Assembly: GCF_006345805.1 (NCBI RefSeq) | Contig: NC_043001.1 | Location: 1,674,001 to 1,738,000 of the forward strand | Length of the DNA: 64,000 nucleotides | Source: Octopus sinensis | Taxonomy: Eukaryota | Reading direction: 5' to 3' | Shown: piece after piece, positions 1-15,000 of the stretch | How positions within the stretch are numbered: the stretch's first letter is position 1 | How the letters are laid out: each line of letters begins with the position of its first letter | Notes under the pieces: generated by a model | Databases searched by the model: none | What the model was told of the DNA's origin: nothing | Seen by the model: the letters and a program-made list of their open reading frames with translations, nothing else | Made by a program: the position numbers and the translations under genes

Positions 1-95
1 TCTGGTGTAGTCATTTTTGCTTTCTAATAATCACATTTATTTAAATCCTTACAGACATTTTTAGCAAAATTATTTCTTGTGAAGTCACCTCCTCT

Positions 96-138
<43 letters not shown>

Positions 139-2147
139 GAAGAGAGAAAGAGAAACAAACAAATGAATTGACAATGTTACAGAGAAACATAAAACCAGAC
201 ACACAACTTTGCACATTTAAAAATTCCTCACAAGAATGAACTCACAGACATATACATAGTTCTTCATGCAATAAATATGTAATTACACACAAACACACAC
301 AGAGACACATTTAAAGAGCCTAGATATGCATAGAGCAATCCACAAGGCACAACCACACACACTCCTCACTCCTATACACACAAACTGTTTAACACAAAAG
401 TATTCCTAAATACACATATAGAAACTGATACACACACACACAGGCACCTACATAATCAGGTACATACACATATGTATATTCAAACATGTAATACACACAT
501 ATATACACAGACACATTAACATACAAACATTCTCAGACAAAAAAATAAACACATTCACCAGAAACACAATTACAAACAATGACGCACAATCACACACACA
601 CACGTGCGCATACACACACACACACGTGCGCATACACACACACACACGTGCGCATACACACACACACATTTTAAATAGCCTACATCTTATTCAAAGTCAA
701 AACTGAAATTCCATAGTTCACATTTTTCTCAACAGAATATCTCTTCCTGAGGCTGCCCTCGGGCCAAGATTTTTAGCTAATTATATTTTCAATATTCGTT
801 AGTAATGATTGCCAATTTAGCTAAAAATAACAAAAATAAATACAATAAATAAAATTTAAAAATTGCATTAAAAAACCGACATAAAAAATAGAAAATAGAA
901 ATATAATTCTCATGATCAACAATGATTTTTATGTAATTTTATATTATTAATATTTAAAATTTTATTTTTAACATTAAAAAAAAATCTTTTATTGTTGACT
1001 GTGAGACAAAGAAATAACCAATACCATAACTAGCAATGAATGCAGCTTCTAGAAACTTCCCACTAACATTGATAATTTATACTGGAATTGCTGGTTATTC
1101 GTTTATCAATTTAATTTTTAGGTATTTCTCATAGGGTCTGTCACAATACAGCTCATACAATAACATTTCACTGACCTCCACCACCTGAAACTTGTCTTCC
1201 ATTTCTTTTACCGCTTTCTTCCTTTTCTGATTTTCCTTGATAACGAACAACTGCCTGAAACGTCAAGAACTCTTTTTTTTTTTTTTCTATTTCTCCCTTT
1301 TGCCATTCAGCTAATGCTATCAGAGGATGCAGCAGGGAAAACTTACACATTTCAGTTGCTCCTTGTGTGGAACTAGTAAAATTAAGCTGATGGTTGTGGT
1401 GCCTTTATTGTTTCTTTTCTCACTTCCTGTCATGCTTTCCAGTGGTGTACTTGGTGTGTGTGTTGGCTGTGAAAACATTGACCAAGACTGGTTAATCTGA
1501 GGGTATTTTTTGTCACACTTTGACACTTTGGACACGTAATATCTTCATCATTCATATCTGTGTTCCAAGCTGGCATGGATTGGGTGTTCATTCATGTTAA
1601 TTTATTTTGTTGCTTAATTTTGTATGTGATAATGTTTTACTCTGAGTTCAAGTCCTTGCTACTCAGTCATTTCATGATCATAAACATTCCACTAGTGTCC
1701 ACCTCATCCTTTCAAGTATATTTAAGATACAATGTGTCTTTTTCTTATTTAAGATGCTAACATGTGATTAGATGAAAATTTGGCTGCTATTTCCATCAGG
1801 TTATTCTACCATGTAATGGTATTTATTTGGTTAAGGGATTAAGTCTACCACCCAAGTAGGCCATGGTAGGATTTGAAGTCAGAATTGTAAAGATCTAGAA
1901 TACTACAAAGTATCTGGTCCAACATTCTAACTGCTGTGTCAGTCTTCTGCCCTAGGTGTGTACCTTTTGGAATGTTAAACGATAAATTTGACCCTTGAGT
2001 GAAATTTGAACACAGAACACCAAGTGTTAGAATAAATACTGCACAGTGTTCTGTCTGTGGCTCAAGTGGCGCTGCCCCCATCCACTTCCTCCTCTCTGGT
2101 AATTCAGAAACTGCTTCTGATAATGTTTTCTTTATTTGTTTCAACAC

Positions 2148-2325
2148 AGGTGCAGGGTTGGCTATTTGGTTAAAAGTTTGCTTCCCAAACACATGAGTCT
2201 GGGTTCAGTCCCACAGCATGGCACCTTGGGCAAGTGTCTTCTACTATAATCTCAGGCTGAACAAAGCCTTGTGGGTGCATTTAGTAGACAGAAATTGAAA
2301 GAAGTCTGTTGTGTATATATACATA
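2148..2325 (+). mobile_element. tRNA-derived SINE; second copy at about 24430-24588 on the minus strand
   Basis: GGTTCAGTCCC B-box, GGCACCTTGGGCAAGTGTCTTCTAC middle, GAAAGAAG tail into (TA)n. Confidence 0.7.
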
Positions 2326-5196
2326 CATCATCATCATCGTTTAACATTCATTTTCTATGCTGGCATGGGTTGGACGGTTTGACTGGGGACTGGCAAGCCA
2401 GGAGGCTGCACCAGGCTCCAGTCTGATCTAGCAATGTTTCTACAGCCAACCCCTCCAAGAGTTTAGTGGGTATTTTTCACTGGCATGGGAGTCAGTCAGG
2501 TGGCACTGGCATCGCCCATGTTTGGATGGTGCTTTTTACATGCCACCAGCATGGGGAGCCAGTCAGGTGACTCTGGCAATGACCCACAGGCATATATATA
2601 TATATATAAATGTATGCATGTAGGCATGCATATGTGTGTGTGTCTTTGTGAGTGTTTGTCTTCCAGCACTACAACTGGTATTGGTGTGTTTATGTCCCCA
2701 TAGCATTTCAGCAAACAAGACCAATAGAATAAATACCAGGCTAAGGGGCAATCCATCTGGCTAAAAAAACTTTTCAAAGTAGTTCCCCAGCATGGCCACC
2801 ATGCTGATGACTGAAACAAATGAAAGAAAAACAAAAAGTCACTGTTCAGAAATTCCTTCTGATTGGGTTTTGATATTTGTTTCAGCCAATCAGTGGGAGA
2901 GAAAAATTTCCAATTTCCTTCTCAAAGTTTTTGCTTTTTCCACAAGTTATTTGATTATTAACTGTGCAGCTCAACGAGATATATGCATCACTTCATACAA
3001 ACATGAAAATATAAAATAAAAATAAAATAAATGATTTAAAGCATGGAATTAATTTAAAAACATGTTCCATGGGCATAGCCAAGATTTCAGTTGAAGGAAA
3101 GGGAGGTTGTTAATTATTTAAATGAATCCATCATTAGCTGTGTAATTTGTGAAAATTAAAATAAATGTTGGATAATTATTATATTTGCATAAAACTGCAA
3201 TGAGGTTTGTCTGAACCTGTTGAACTGCAACTGGCAGTGTATGCACATTCATGCGCATAAGTGCACACCAACAGAATTTCTTTCAAATATTCGTAACTTT
3301 AAAATATGATATTCAATGGTTTTTATGTCTGTTTTTCCATGCCAGCATGGGCTAGATGAATATATTACCGAGGCATCATTTATACAGCTGGATGCCCTTC
3401 CTGCTGTTGGACCCTAAATCTGTTTGTCAAGTAGAGGATGTTTTATTCCACATGTTTTTGAAGGAACAAACCCAGCAGATGACCTATTGACAAGAAAAGA
3501 GCAACAATGTCAACACACAAAGTTGAGTGATTTTTTTGGAGAAGCAAAAATGTAGACCCCCCCCACACACACACACAAAGATGTTTATCAGTCCCCATTT
3601 ATCAAGTCCTCTCAAAACACTCCCAATGTTTTGGTCAGCCTGGGGCTATAATACAAGATACTTGCCCAAGGTGTCTGCCAAACCACACACCAATACCTAT
3701 ATCTAGTTCAGAAGAAGTTTGTTTTAATATTGTTGATGTTTAGCCACAGGCCATCCTACAATGATCAATGGCATCCCAACCCTGAACTCTTCATTATTTT
3801 GTATATCAGGGACCCTATGATCCAACATTGATTATTCAGACTCAAGATCAAAAGTGTTCCACTCATGACAATCCCACCTGTTTGTATATCAATAATTACA
3901 ACCTCCAATGTGTTCTTCCTATTTTTTAATGTAATAAAATATGATTCGAAGGAATTTGGACTGCTATTTTGGGAAGGTATCGTGACTGCAGAGAGGGTTC
4001 TCTTTTATCATTTTGCTTCCATTTATTAACATTTTGGTAAATATCACGGGAAATAGTTCTTATGATTACAGAACAAATAGGAACAAATGGAGACATACGA
4101 AATGTGGAATTTGTTATTTCAATATTTCAATATTTCAATATTTTTCTGTAACCATATTGGCTGTTTGAATTGCTCCGTTTGTGAACCCTTCTATCTGGAA
4201 TATATCCAATTTCCCAGATTGTCATTCTTATTGTACAGCTACGTTCAGCTCTGAGAGAGCAGATAATGATATGGAAGGAGCTAGAGTAAAGAGCCAGGCA
4301 CATTAGATTCAGTGACGGATTATTTCACTGGTTTTCTAAGTCTCTTGTCTGTCTTTTTAGCTGGTCTGTCATTTTAGTAATCTGGTTACTGTTGTATTTT
4401 TGTTGTTGTAAGGTTTACAAGAAATCTGCAATTCTGGCAATGAAAGCACTTGAGTATGTTAGTATTAAGTTTATTGTTGTGGAATACTTATTGTCAGCTT
4501 CTTATAATGAAACCATTTCTATCAAGAATTGACAACAAGGTGCAAAGAATTCCATGCCTTGATAACGTGGCACTGTGTGAAACTACTTCCATCTCTACTA
4601 CTGTATGTCTTATGGAAAAGTATGTTTGCTAAAAACATACACGACATAAAAAATAAATGTCTTTCCTGATGAAGAAGTGACAAGAAATCCATTTTTATAC
4701 ACGATATGCTGCTATAAACTTGGCATTCGGGATTTTATAGTAAAATTATTCCATAGAGAAGAAAAGCTAAAACCTCACAATAAAATGGTTATATTCAACA
4801 AGATAGAGTTTTTTAGCATCAGTTTTTTTTCACTCAATAAAAAGAAAGTACAAAATATAAACAAAAAGGAAAAAAGACAGGAAGGAAATTAAAGAAAGAA
4901 GAAAGTTTTTTTATATTTTTTGAAATAGATAAGAGAATCTATTTTTTTTTTATTTCTAAGGAGTAAATGATAAAAGAAGAGAAGTGAGAAGAAATGAGAC
5001 AAAGGCAAACAGGAAATGGAAATTTGGGAATATACAATTATATATAATCACACATACAAACACATGCATACATACACAGACGCACACATACATGTGTGTT
5101 TATATATATATACACACACACAATATATATAAATATATATAAACAAATATATATGCATAAATAAATATATGTATATATATAAACATATATATATAA

Positions 5197-5261
<65 letters not shown>

Positions 5262-6284
5262 TATAAATATAAATGGCTAATTCTAAAACCAGCCAAAAAT
5301 ACATGACTACTAAACTTTGAGTAAAAAAAGGGGAGAGAGAGAGAAATATTTGTCATCTATTCAATATTTTTAATGAGAAAGGGAGAAATTAAAATCTGTG
5401 AAAACACAATGAAATCAATAAAAGACGATGTAATAAAATCAATTTAAATCAATTTCTTTCTTTGGGAAGATTTTTGTCATTGAGAATAAAATATAACAGT
5501 TTTACCTTTGTTTGCTGTAGTTTCTTTTTTTTTTTTTTTTTTGTCTTTCCATGGAATGTAAATAAGGAAGAATACAAGATGCTATAAGTCTTGTAAATAC
5601 ATCTGCACACAAGCTTAGATTAAAACCTGCAGAATTAATAAGCCAAACACAGAGCCACAACACAGTGTTCAACCAGCTAAAAATAATTGTCATATCTTTC
5701 AAAAGCACACCCTATTGTTTTATAAAAGGAAGGACACTTGGATAATGTAAAGCTGGAGTAGAACACAAGATGTCTTTCCTAAATCACTCCATGCTGAGTT
5801 TGTTTATATTTATTGAAATGGCAGATTTGTTGTCACAATAGTTACCTTTTATTTGTTCAATTGTTGAGTATCAAAAAAAGGGGCAGGACCTGTGAACACT
5901 ACAGGGTCTCTGAGACTGCTGATTGCAATGAGGCTTATGTTGCATTTAAATAGTAACAGGTTACTGTGTGTCTAGGTTGGGTTGGGTACAAGAAGGATGA
6001 GAAGTGCTGTGAATGTACAAAACCAGTTAACTCCAAGGAACAGAGACCGTTATAGCAGAAATGAGGAAAGACAAGTGGAGACAACAAGTTTGTAGGTCAG
6101 AGTGTTAGTGAATGATTTAATGCCATTCCTTTAAGTGGTCATTCTCTGGCATCCAGGACTTCTGTGGGTGTTGCTGCAGCAATATTGTTCCAGATGTGGA
6201 ACCAGATCCCCATTTTGGTCTTTATTTGACTTTTGTAGTGTGTCATTAATTGTTGAAATAGTTTCTGATCCCCTTATTTTCGTA

Positions 6285-6768
6285 TGCCTATATGTACACA
6301 TGTGTATGTACACGCAAACATACAAGCATATGCTCATATGCATGTATACAAATGTATGTGTACATGTATGATTGTATGTGTATATATATATGTGTGTATA
6401 TATATATATATGTGTGTATGCATATACATGCATGTGTATATGTATGTATATACATGCATGTATATATATATGTATATATATATGTACATTTGTATATGTA
6501 TGTACCATCATCTTTGTTTTAAGTTCCACATATATACATACATACATATATATATATATACACACATATATACACACACATATATATATATATATACACA
6601 TATATATACATACATACACATATATATACATACATACACATATATATACATACATATATTTACATACATATATATACATATATATATATATACATACATA
6701 TATTTACATACATACATATATATACATACATACATATACATACATATATACATATATAGATACATGCA

Positions 6769-6800
<32 letters not shown>

Positions 6801-7232
6801 CATATACATACATATACATACATATATATTCATATAAATACATATATATACATATATATACATACATATCTATACATATATATAAACATACACATACATA
6901 CATATATACATGCATATTTTGATTAATTTATTTTGATTAATTTACTCCACCACCTACACCACCAAACGGTAAATACAGGTGCTTACAATTATCAAGTACT
7001 CACCCCGAATTTCTGTACACAACTTACATGCATATATATATACATACATACATACACATACATATATATACATATATACATACACATACATATATATACA
7101 TATATACATATACATATATATATACATACATACATATACATATATATATACATACATACATATAGATATATACATACATATATATACATATATACATATA
7201 CATATACATACATATATATACATACATATATT

Positions 7233-7308
<76 letters not shown>

Positions 7309-7327
7309 TTATATACATATATATACA
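6285..7327. repeat. Compound (TA)/(TACA) microsatellite blocks (6285-6920 and 7028-7327)
   Basis: Direct reading. Confidence 0.95.
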
Positions 7328-7344
7328 TGGAAGATAGAAAAATA

Positions 7345-7685
7345 AAAAAATAAACACGATCACGAAGCTCCGATGAGCCGAAGATGGTTTTTAAAATGAG
7401 AATATCTGAAATAAACACGACTGCTCTCACAAACAGGAATACTAACAATGAACCCGACTAATCTCAAAAATTAAGTGAAAACACCGGGAAAATAATACAG
7501 AATCCTTGTCCAGTACCAGATCGATCCCAAAATCTAATCAGTTCATACCAGTCACGAGGCCAGACATCCCTGAAAGTTTCATTCGAATCCATTCGGCGAT
7601 TCTTGAGATATCTTGTCCAAGGTCAAACAAACAAGCAAACTCGACTGAAAACAATACCTCCGACTTCACTAAGGTGGAGGTCAGA
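7345..7685. mobile_element. Possible non-autonomous Helitron/Helentron-like element
   Basis: Terminal hairpin ACCTCC...GGAGGT at about 7656-7681. Body resembles mollusc Helitron-N repeats from memory. Confidence 0.3.
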
Positions 7686-8452
7686 ATCCTTTCTTCTCTA
7701 GGCACAAGGCCAGAAATTTTTGAGGAGGGGGTCAGTAGATTAGATCGACCCCAATACGCAACTGGTACTTAATTTATCGACTCCGAAAGGATGAAAGGCC
7801 AAGTCGATCTCGGCGGAATTTGAACTCAGAACGTAAAGACAGACGAAATACTTATTTCTTTATTACCCACAAGGGGCTAAACACAGAGGGGGGGAAAACA
7901 AGGACAGACAAGAGGATTAAGTCGATTACATCGACCCCAATGTGTAACTGGCATTTAATTTATCGATCCCGAAAGGATGAAAGGCAAAGTGGACCTCGGC
8001 GGAATTTGAACTCAGAACGTATCGACAGACGAAATATCGCTAAGCATGCTAACATTTCTGCCAGCTCGCCGCCTTGCGGGGGTGATAATAAATGAGTTGA
8101 AATTGAACCGGTATTAATTCAGGCGCGATCCCTAGAATTTTTCGAATGGAGGGCGCAAGATCAGAAGGAAATATAATTCCAGGAGGAAAGAACATAGTAA
8201 CATTATTTAGAAGGGTGCATTTCTTTTCTTGAAGGGTCACGTTCCCTTCAGGCACCACTGGGCCCACCCCTAGCAGTATGACTCTCACCAGACATAACAA
8301 AGCAGTTATATTAGCAACTCTTACAAACAGCCCCAAAAAATCGACAAGGAAGTCATCAACTATATAACTAACAAAATTTTCATGTATAATTATACTTTTA
8401 ATAAATTGTCCCTATGGTGCGTGAATTTTTCTTCACCTTGTACATTATATAA

Positions 8453-8492
<40 letters not shown>

Positions 8493-9791
8493 TATATATA
8501 CAGAGAGAGAGAGAGAGAGAGAAAGTTCCATATACATACTCATAAACAGAGCATTATGGTGGTTGATGAACTTATATATTTATATGCGATTTTTATATGC
8601 TTGTGTTTCTGTATTAGTGAAATATTTAGATATCCCTCCTTCCTGTTAGTGAAATAAAATAAACCAGTAACTCAGTCTTTTATTACCAAGTAAAGTCTTT
8701 AACATTTAACGATCATAATTGATGTTTTTTCTGCAGAAACACTCGAACTGCAAAACTTTCCCGAAACCTCTTTAAATACCTATTGGATATTTATTAAATT
8801 CTGAAACATCATTATCATAATTGTCCATGACATAGCAGTCATGGACAAACTTGTTTGTTTTGTCTTGTTTTTCTTTGTATTTCTTTTGTTTTCACTGAAT
8901 ATCATTTCATGGGGAAAATACACCGAATGTATAATTGGAGTGAACCGTAACAGGAATATTTATTCCTTTATTAAGATTAACTTTGAATATTCTGTTGACA
9001 ATATTCAGAGTGAAAAATCTAGAACAGAAACAGAAGATTGGTTAAGAGATTAGAAGCTTCCTTAATTCTTACAAAATGGATGTAAACAAAATTAGAACAA
9101 TTCCTACTTACATCGAACGTTTCAAGATTCAGTATGGTGTTCTTCTGTGCCGCACAAGAAGTTAAAAGTGGGAAGGAACATAAGTCAATAGACCTGATCT
9201 TCCAAATGTTTCTATCACCAACAAATCCCTTCTCATCATTGTTACATTTAAAGTAGAATGTTCAGCATTTCACTTGCCAATACTTAATTTCAAAACTGAA
9301 TCAGTTATGAGCAGCAATTTAATTAGAAAAGAGAAACGGGTTCCTAGTCGAAAGTGGATATATTAATCCGTTGCTCACCAAGCCATCTCATTACTTATTA
9401 TACTACAGAACGACTGACATTCCGACATTTCAATCACGATAAATTGTTTCTTCTGTTTTAATTGTAATTTTTTTTTCTAATTGGAAGAAGGAAAACGTTT
9501 AAAAAGAGAACTGAAGTCACACCTGGAAGACATTTTGAGGCAAAGTTCGTTGTTCTGTATTGTAGTTTTGAAACATCGATTGGATAAAATGATAAGAAAG
9601 GACGACATGCTGTCTGAGATGGAAAAGATATCGTCGCTAGGGAGCTGGACGCTGTGGAAATGGAAAAACAAAAGATGCAAAAGGAAAAAAAAAAAACATT
9701 CCTCCTAAAATTCTTAATGACTACCACTTGTGTTCCAAATATGGAGACTTGCGTAATTCAGTCCTTAGTGAAGTCATAGAAAAAAGAAATA

Positions 9792-10189
9792 TGTGGATGG
9801 AAGCACTCCGTCGGTTCCGACGACGAGGGTTCCGGTTAATCCGAATCAACGGAACAGCCTGCTCGTGAAATTAACGTGTAAGTGGCTGAGCACTCCACAG
9901 ACACGGGCACCCTTAACGTAGTTCTCGGGGATATTCAGCGTGACACAGAGAGTGACAAGGCCGGCCCTTTGAAATACAGGTACAACAGAAACAGGAAGTG
10001 AGAGAGAGAGAGAGAGAGTTGTGGTGAAAGAGTACAGCAGGGATCACCACCATCCCCTGCCGGAGCCTCGTGGAGCTTTAGGTGTTTTCGCTCAATAAAC
10101 ACTCACAACGCCCGGTCTGGGAATCGAAACCGCGATCCTACGACCGCGAGTCCGCTGCCCTAACCACTGGGCCATTGCGCCTCTACTAC
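9792..10189 (-). mobile_element. tRNA-derived SINE with 12-bp TSD
   Basis: A/B-box head (TGGCCCAGTGG...GGTTTCGATTCCC). TSD AAAAAAGAAATA at 9780-9791 and 10190-10201. Confidence 0.85.
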
Positions 10190-11699
10190 AAAAAAGAAAT
10201 AAGAGTTCCTGTCAAGGACAAATGATGACTACGACGACGACGATGATTTAATTTTCAGAAGATTATAACCAAGACGGTGAGGTTTCAAATCTCAGTTCGA
10301 TCTTCGCTACTGGAAATAAGGCCTAGGAATGGGAATTATGAATTTTTATTTAAGATTTCAATGAAAAGGATATTAATTAGACATTATTAGCAGATATTTG
10401 TGGTGGCAGAAAAGAGAAACACAACACTTGGACTGTTTCTCTGAATTTGTTACTTATTATATCTTATATTTATCTGGCGTTAAAATCTTGGCAGCCAATT
10501 TCTTATGATTACATCACTTTATTAATCTAATGAAACATTTTAAGAACTCTCAACATCAAACACATCCTTGTAGCTGGTTGGCAGTGCTTAGCTAGAGGTC
10601 AACCATGATTGAGAAGATTTATGATCAAAGGTATTCCGGCTGTGACCATCCCAGCTTTGTTTTAGGGCTGGTTTTTAGACACATTGTATCTAGGAGGACA
10701 TGATGCAACGTATCCTTCATTTTGTTTTTTTAAGATTTGCTTGCCTTGCTGCAACAACGTGAAATTACTTGGCAGGCTTTTAAATTGTGTATTTAACCAT
10801 ATACACACCTATGTATAATCACATACGCGTGCACAAGCACAAACCAACAAGCAAACACACATATGCGCGCACGTACACACACACACACTCACGCACACAC
10901 ACGTCAAGTTGTTTCAGTTAATTCTTCAAAGTAGTTTTAGAAAATTTTATCTGAATCTGATATTATTGTTTCATTGGGAAACATTAGAAGAATCACATCA
11001 GAGATGAAGCACATCTTCATATTTATATCTCGAGGTTATATTCAAGAGTAAAGGGTGGTATTTGAGGAGAATATTTCATATTTGAAACATTGAGATACAT
11101 GATTACAATAATATCCAAACCAATAAACAATAATATTAATTTCTAACATTAAGGAGTTGAGCTGGAAAAGTCATTAATATTTCAGGCAAAATGCTTTGCG
11201 GCGTTTCGTCCGTCTTTATGTTCTGAGTTCAAATTCTGCCAAGGTCGACTTTTCCATTTATGCTTTAGGGGGTCGATAAAATAGGTACTACCAATTGTGT
11301 ACTAGGGTCAATGTAATCGCCTTACCTCCTCTCCCGAAATTACTGGCCTCGCATGAAATTTTGAAACCAATGTTAATTTCTAAAATTGATACACGAGCAC
11401 AAATTCAGGGGAGGGTGTAGTTCGTTAAATGACCCCATCACTTGAGTGGAACTTTCATTTTATCCAGCAGTCGAATGGTTGGAAGATAAAGTTAACTCTA
11501 GTGGGATTTGAACGCAGAACGTAAAGAAGCAGAAGAAATACTGACGTTGTAGCAACTCTGTCAATTATAATGCTGATTGTATTTAAGAAGGGAGCAGTCG
11601 GTCCCTTCGAAAATTTTATCCATCCAAGACAGCAGAAAGCGGAAGATAGCCTAGGGAGGATTTAAACACAGAACTTAAAAAGAAATCTAGAACAAATAC

Positions 11700-12130
11700 T
11701 GTTGTAGCAAGACTCGAACCGAGTCTCCACATTGCAGACTTCAAACTACGGCATCGCTCGACTCTTTTACGTTGTCTTATTAGCCAATTAACGGCCGGTT
11801 TTCACGTGATAGTTTTCGCCAGATCCTTCTAGATCGGTAATAAGCCAACAAGCAGAGTCGGTTGATGGAAATGTCAGAGTCTTTGTGGTTCTTGTTTCGA
11901 CTCTTGGTATTCTGAGTTCCTAGGATGTAGACTTAATCCAGTCCCCGGTTTAATATCCCCATCTTGTTCTCGGTCGACTTTAGTGGAATTCACCCGGCTG
12001 CAAACATTCAGCCCAGGTCCCTGGTATGAGGAAAACACCCTGTCTTCCAAACGACCTTTCACAAAATCCCTGAGAAAGAAAATAAAAACGAAAACAAAGA
12101 GCCATAGGCATTAACCTTCACTCACTAACA
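11700..12130 (+). mobile_element. Possible solo LTR, 431 bp
   Basis: TGTT...AACA ends, AATAAA about 45 bp from the 3' end, CpG-rich; no TSD found. Confidence 0.3.
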
Positions 12131-12149
12131 GAAACTACTGCTGCTGCTG

Positions 12150-13315
12150 CTGTTGATGATGATGATGGTGATGATGATACTTTCTTTATTCACCACTGAG
12201 GGTTTATATGAGAGATTGGGGACAACATAGGACAATACAACACCAAAAGAGTGGGATTTAAACGTGTAAAAAGGAAACAACAATAAAAATTATTACAAAT
12301 AAATCCCAAAAGAGGGAAGCTTCCAAGGGCTGCTTAAAAAAACACCACAAAAACAACGATCGCTCTGATCTTTAGGACAAGTGCCCTCTGCATGCTTCAC
12401 TCAGACCTTTCGCGTTACATTCAACCACCTTTTAGCAAAATTGCTGGAAGGCAGCACTTCCCTCTCTACCCTCACTTTCCTTTCCAAGTGGAACTTGAAA
12501 AAGTTTATGAGGGCATGGCTAAAGGGGCAATTGTCTGTCTTGAGAGAACGTGCAGAACAGTTTCGTTGTTCTGTGCGCACCTCGGACAAACCCGGCTGAC
12601 GGTACTTACATGCCTGTAGAGTTCATCCATAATTGGCAATGCCCCTCCGGTAGCAAGGCCAGGGATTTCTGGGAGTTATCTATGGGCCCCGGCATGAAAG
12701 TCCTCCGGCACAGACTAACCAACTCATTCTCATCGACGCCCAGAGTTTCACCAAGAACCTCATCGCACTTGCCCGCCACTAACCTGCTATAGAACGTTTG
12801 AGTGGAACTGCTACTGTCTGCATTGCCAGACTGACAGAGGACTGTGAGCGCCTAATGTCATTCTAGGGGCTAGGCTCGCTGCCTCGATCTATGCTTGATC
12901 TAGGACTGCAACTCAGATACAGAGACGAGCTGTGGGAAATTGTATCTGATAAATAGCGACCACACCTGCTCACTGTCTAGGAAGCACTGGAGATGTCCAA
13001 ACCTCAGCGCATGTCTGTGCATCAGCAGTCACGGCATGCCCAACTCTCCATTCAGCGGGTGTTAACAGCAAACAGAACAACTGACATTGTGAACTAGGCC
13101 ACCTCTGCCCCACCTTTCAGAGATAAATTTCGCTCGGCCCATTTCTGGGTAAGATTGGCCACTCTGCTAATCACCTTGTCCCAGTCCTCCTCCACCTGAA
13201 CATCTGGACGAAACCAGACTCCGAGCAATTTAACCCTTCGTTCGGCGTCCCACGATGTTACTGGATGGCTTGGATTTGCCTCTCCAGGTGCTGAGCTCCA
13301 GGCCCACTGACTTTT
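12150..13315 (-). mobile_element. Tx1/L1-like LINE 3' fragment, decayed
   Basis: Translation gives VKLLGVWFRPD..EEDWDKVISRV..W..RNLSLKG and a C-terminal CPRCAQNNETVLH knuckle. AATAAA near 12184-12189 precedes a (CAT)n tail. Confidence 0.7.
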
Positions 13316-13319
13316 TTTG

Positions 13320-13975
13320 GTTAAATTTTGCTCCTGTTACTGCTTCGTATCCTAATTTCTTCTGTCTAGCTGTGCTAATTCAACATTTACCCAACCTACA
13401 AAAGCTGCTGAGTATCTAAGTAATGATATTGCCCAAGTATTTACAGCCTTCACCAGATTTGAACCATTTTAGCTTTGACTTCGTTAGTTTCTTCTGATGT
13501 ACTTCTCAATTTTCGTTTTCATTTCTGTAGTAAGTACTCTCTCAGATTCTAATACTCTTCGGTACTTATTACGCTCTCCTCCTTTCAATGATTTTAATGT
13601 CTGGTCATCTGATAATCCGATACTTTCCTTGTTGACTACCTGTCCCTTCTCATGACTAAAATTGCACGCTTATCTATACCAAATTCCATGCCTATATCTT
13701 TGCTCAAGAGTTTTACAGTCTGTATTAAGGAATCTATTTCTTTTTCATTCTTACTAAAATTCTTCAGATCATCCAATCTAGAGTAAATGGTTAATTTTTC
13801 CCTTACTATTTCTGAACTGATACCCTGCCTTTGCCTCCCTTAATACTAAACTGAGGGGGATCAAAAATAAGACAAATAATAAAGGGGATAACGGGTTCCC
13901 CTGGAAAATTCCTCTTTTGATATTAACTTTCCCTAAGATTGTGTCACCTGAGGAAAGATCTATTTTCGTCTCTTA
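13320..13975 (-). mobile_element. R4/Dong-like LINE RT fragment
   Basis: KRGIFQG..LSPLLF, KGKINHL..DDLK, IGMEFGIDK. Closely similar to 46.9-47.5 kb. Confidence 0.8.
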
Positions 13976-14049
13976 CTAATAAAATGGTCATGGAACATTT
14001 CTGTGCATGCAAAACCAAATCTTTTGAGAATATTTGTGTGACAGTCTCA

Positions 14050-15000
14050 TTAGACCTAAACGTTATGTATTCACCCTAAATTAACTGTGAACTTTCCGAT
14101 GCAATCTGAGCTATAGTCGCGTCGGAATCACCGTATATTCTGCATTTCAATGAATAATTCTGTCTATACACTATTCTGTTGATTCAATTTACCCTAAAGA
14201 CTTGCTTCTGCGCTGCTAGTATCATTCTTTCACTTTCCTACTTGAATATTCTTTTCTTTATCATTCCTTATTTCTTTCAGCTTTTCCTCTTCAAACTTTG
14301 ATTTCCATTTTCCATTTTCGGGTTCTAGGAATTCTCTTCGTTACCTCCCCAAGGAGAATTTTTTAAATAGGAACCTAGACATTTTTTCTCCAGTTCTACA
14401 GCCACTTCAGTTCAACCCTCGTTAAACTTCCTCCTTCTGTTCTCTCCCAGTATAACTGATCCCTATCTGAGTGGCGTTGCGTCCTTCCATGTTTTGTCAG
14501 CTGCTTCCACGTTTTCCTGAAGATATCCTTCAGCTCATCCTGTCTCCATTCAATAATCCTTAATCCATACCTTATTAAGGAGACTGCCTTCAAGTTGATT
14601 TCTTGAATTATATTTTCCTGCATTCAATTTCGATGATTTTAAAATCTTCATTCTACAAAAAAATTCTTTACTGAAGACTTCTTTTATTTCTGTACTTTTG
14701 ATTTTATCAATTCCAGTTCTCCAAGATATTTATATACTTATCCTACGCTTAATGATTTCATATTCTCATCATTAGGTAGAACCTATTTTTGTACATTTTA
14801 TGAATTCTCCCACTTCGTTGCCATCATAAGCATATTCCTCAATTCCGAATGTCAACCCAGTGTCTCTACTAAATTTTCCTATGGTTTGTTGATTCTTCTC
14901 TTGGTCATAAAGCTTTAAATTATTCAAAAATAGATTATTCGTTTTTTCCCCCATTCTTTTCCAGTGGTTCTCCTTCCTTCAATATAATCGGATATCGACA
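14050..15000 (-). mobile_element. R4/Dong-like LINE fragment (RT end to CCHC), heavily decayed
   Basis: NLKLY..FSRDTGLTFG, SLIRYG..IIEW..DEL, SDRDQLY..RTEGG, MILAAQKQ..KCR. Confidence 0.65.

Noticed and set aside
1168-1560. Minus-strand short ORFs with a GTAAGT donor near 1346
   Set aside because: No open frame from a plausible acceptor and no recognisable product
4080-4450. Possible very old LINE remnant on the minus strand
   Set aside because: Only vague similarity to R4/Dong N-terminal regions; too decayed to support
5502-5708. Hydrophobic 68-aa ORF with splice-like signals
   Set aside because: Contains a long A homopolymer and shows no homology I can recognise
6131-7448. Long Y/I/H/C-rich ORFs (also at 24.3-25.1, 52.7-53.8 and 62.2-63.5 kb)
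   Set aside because: They are translations of TA/TATC/GAA microsatellites, which lack stops in some frames
8119-8272. MITE with GC-rich imperfect TIRs
   Set aside because: The TIR match is poor and there is no TSD
9111-9296. Minus-strand exon-like segment with a GTAAGT donor and an in-frame TGA after Cys (possible selenocysteine)
   Set aside because: No recognisable selenoprotein motif or SECIS, and the acceptor is weak
9481-9790. Protein-like frames around an A-run, interrupted by a SINE
   Set aside because: No family recognised; needs a frameshift and stops soon after the SINE is removed
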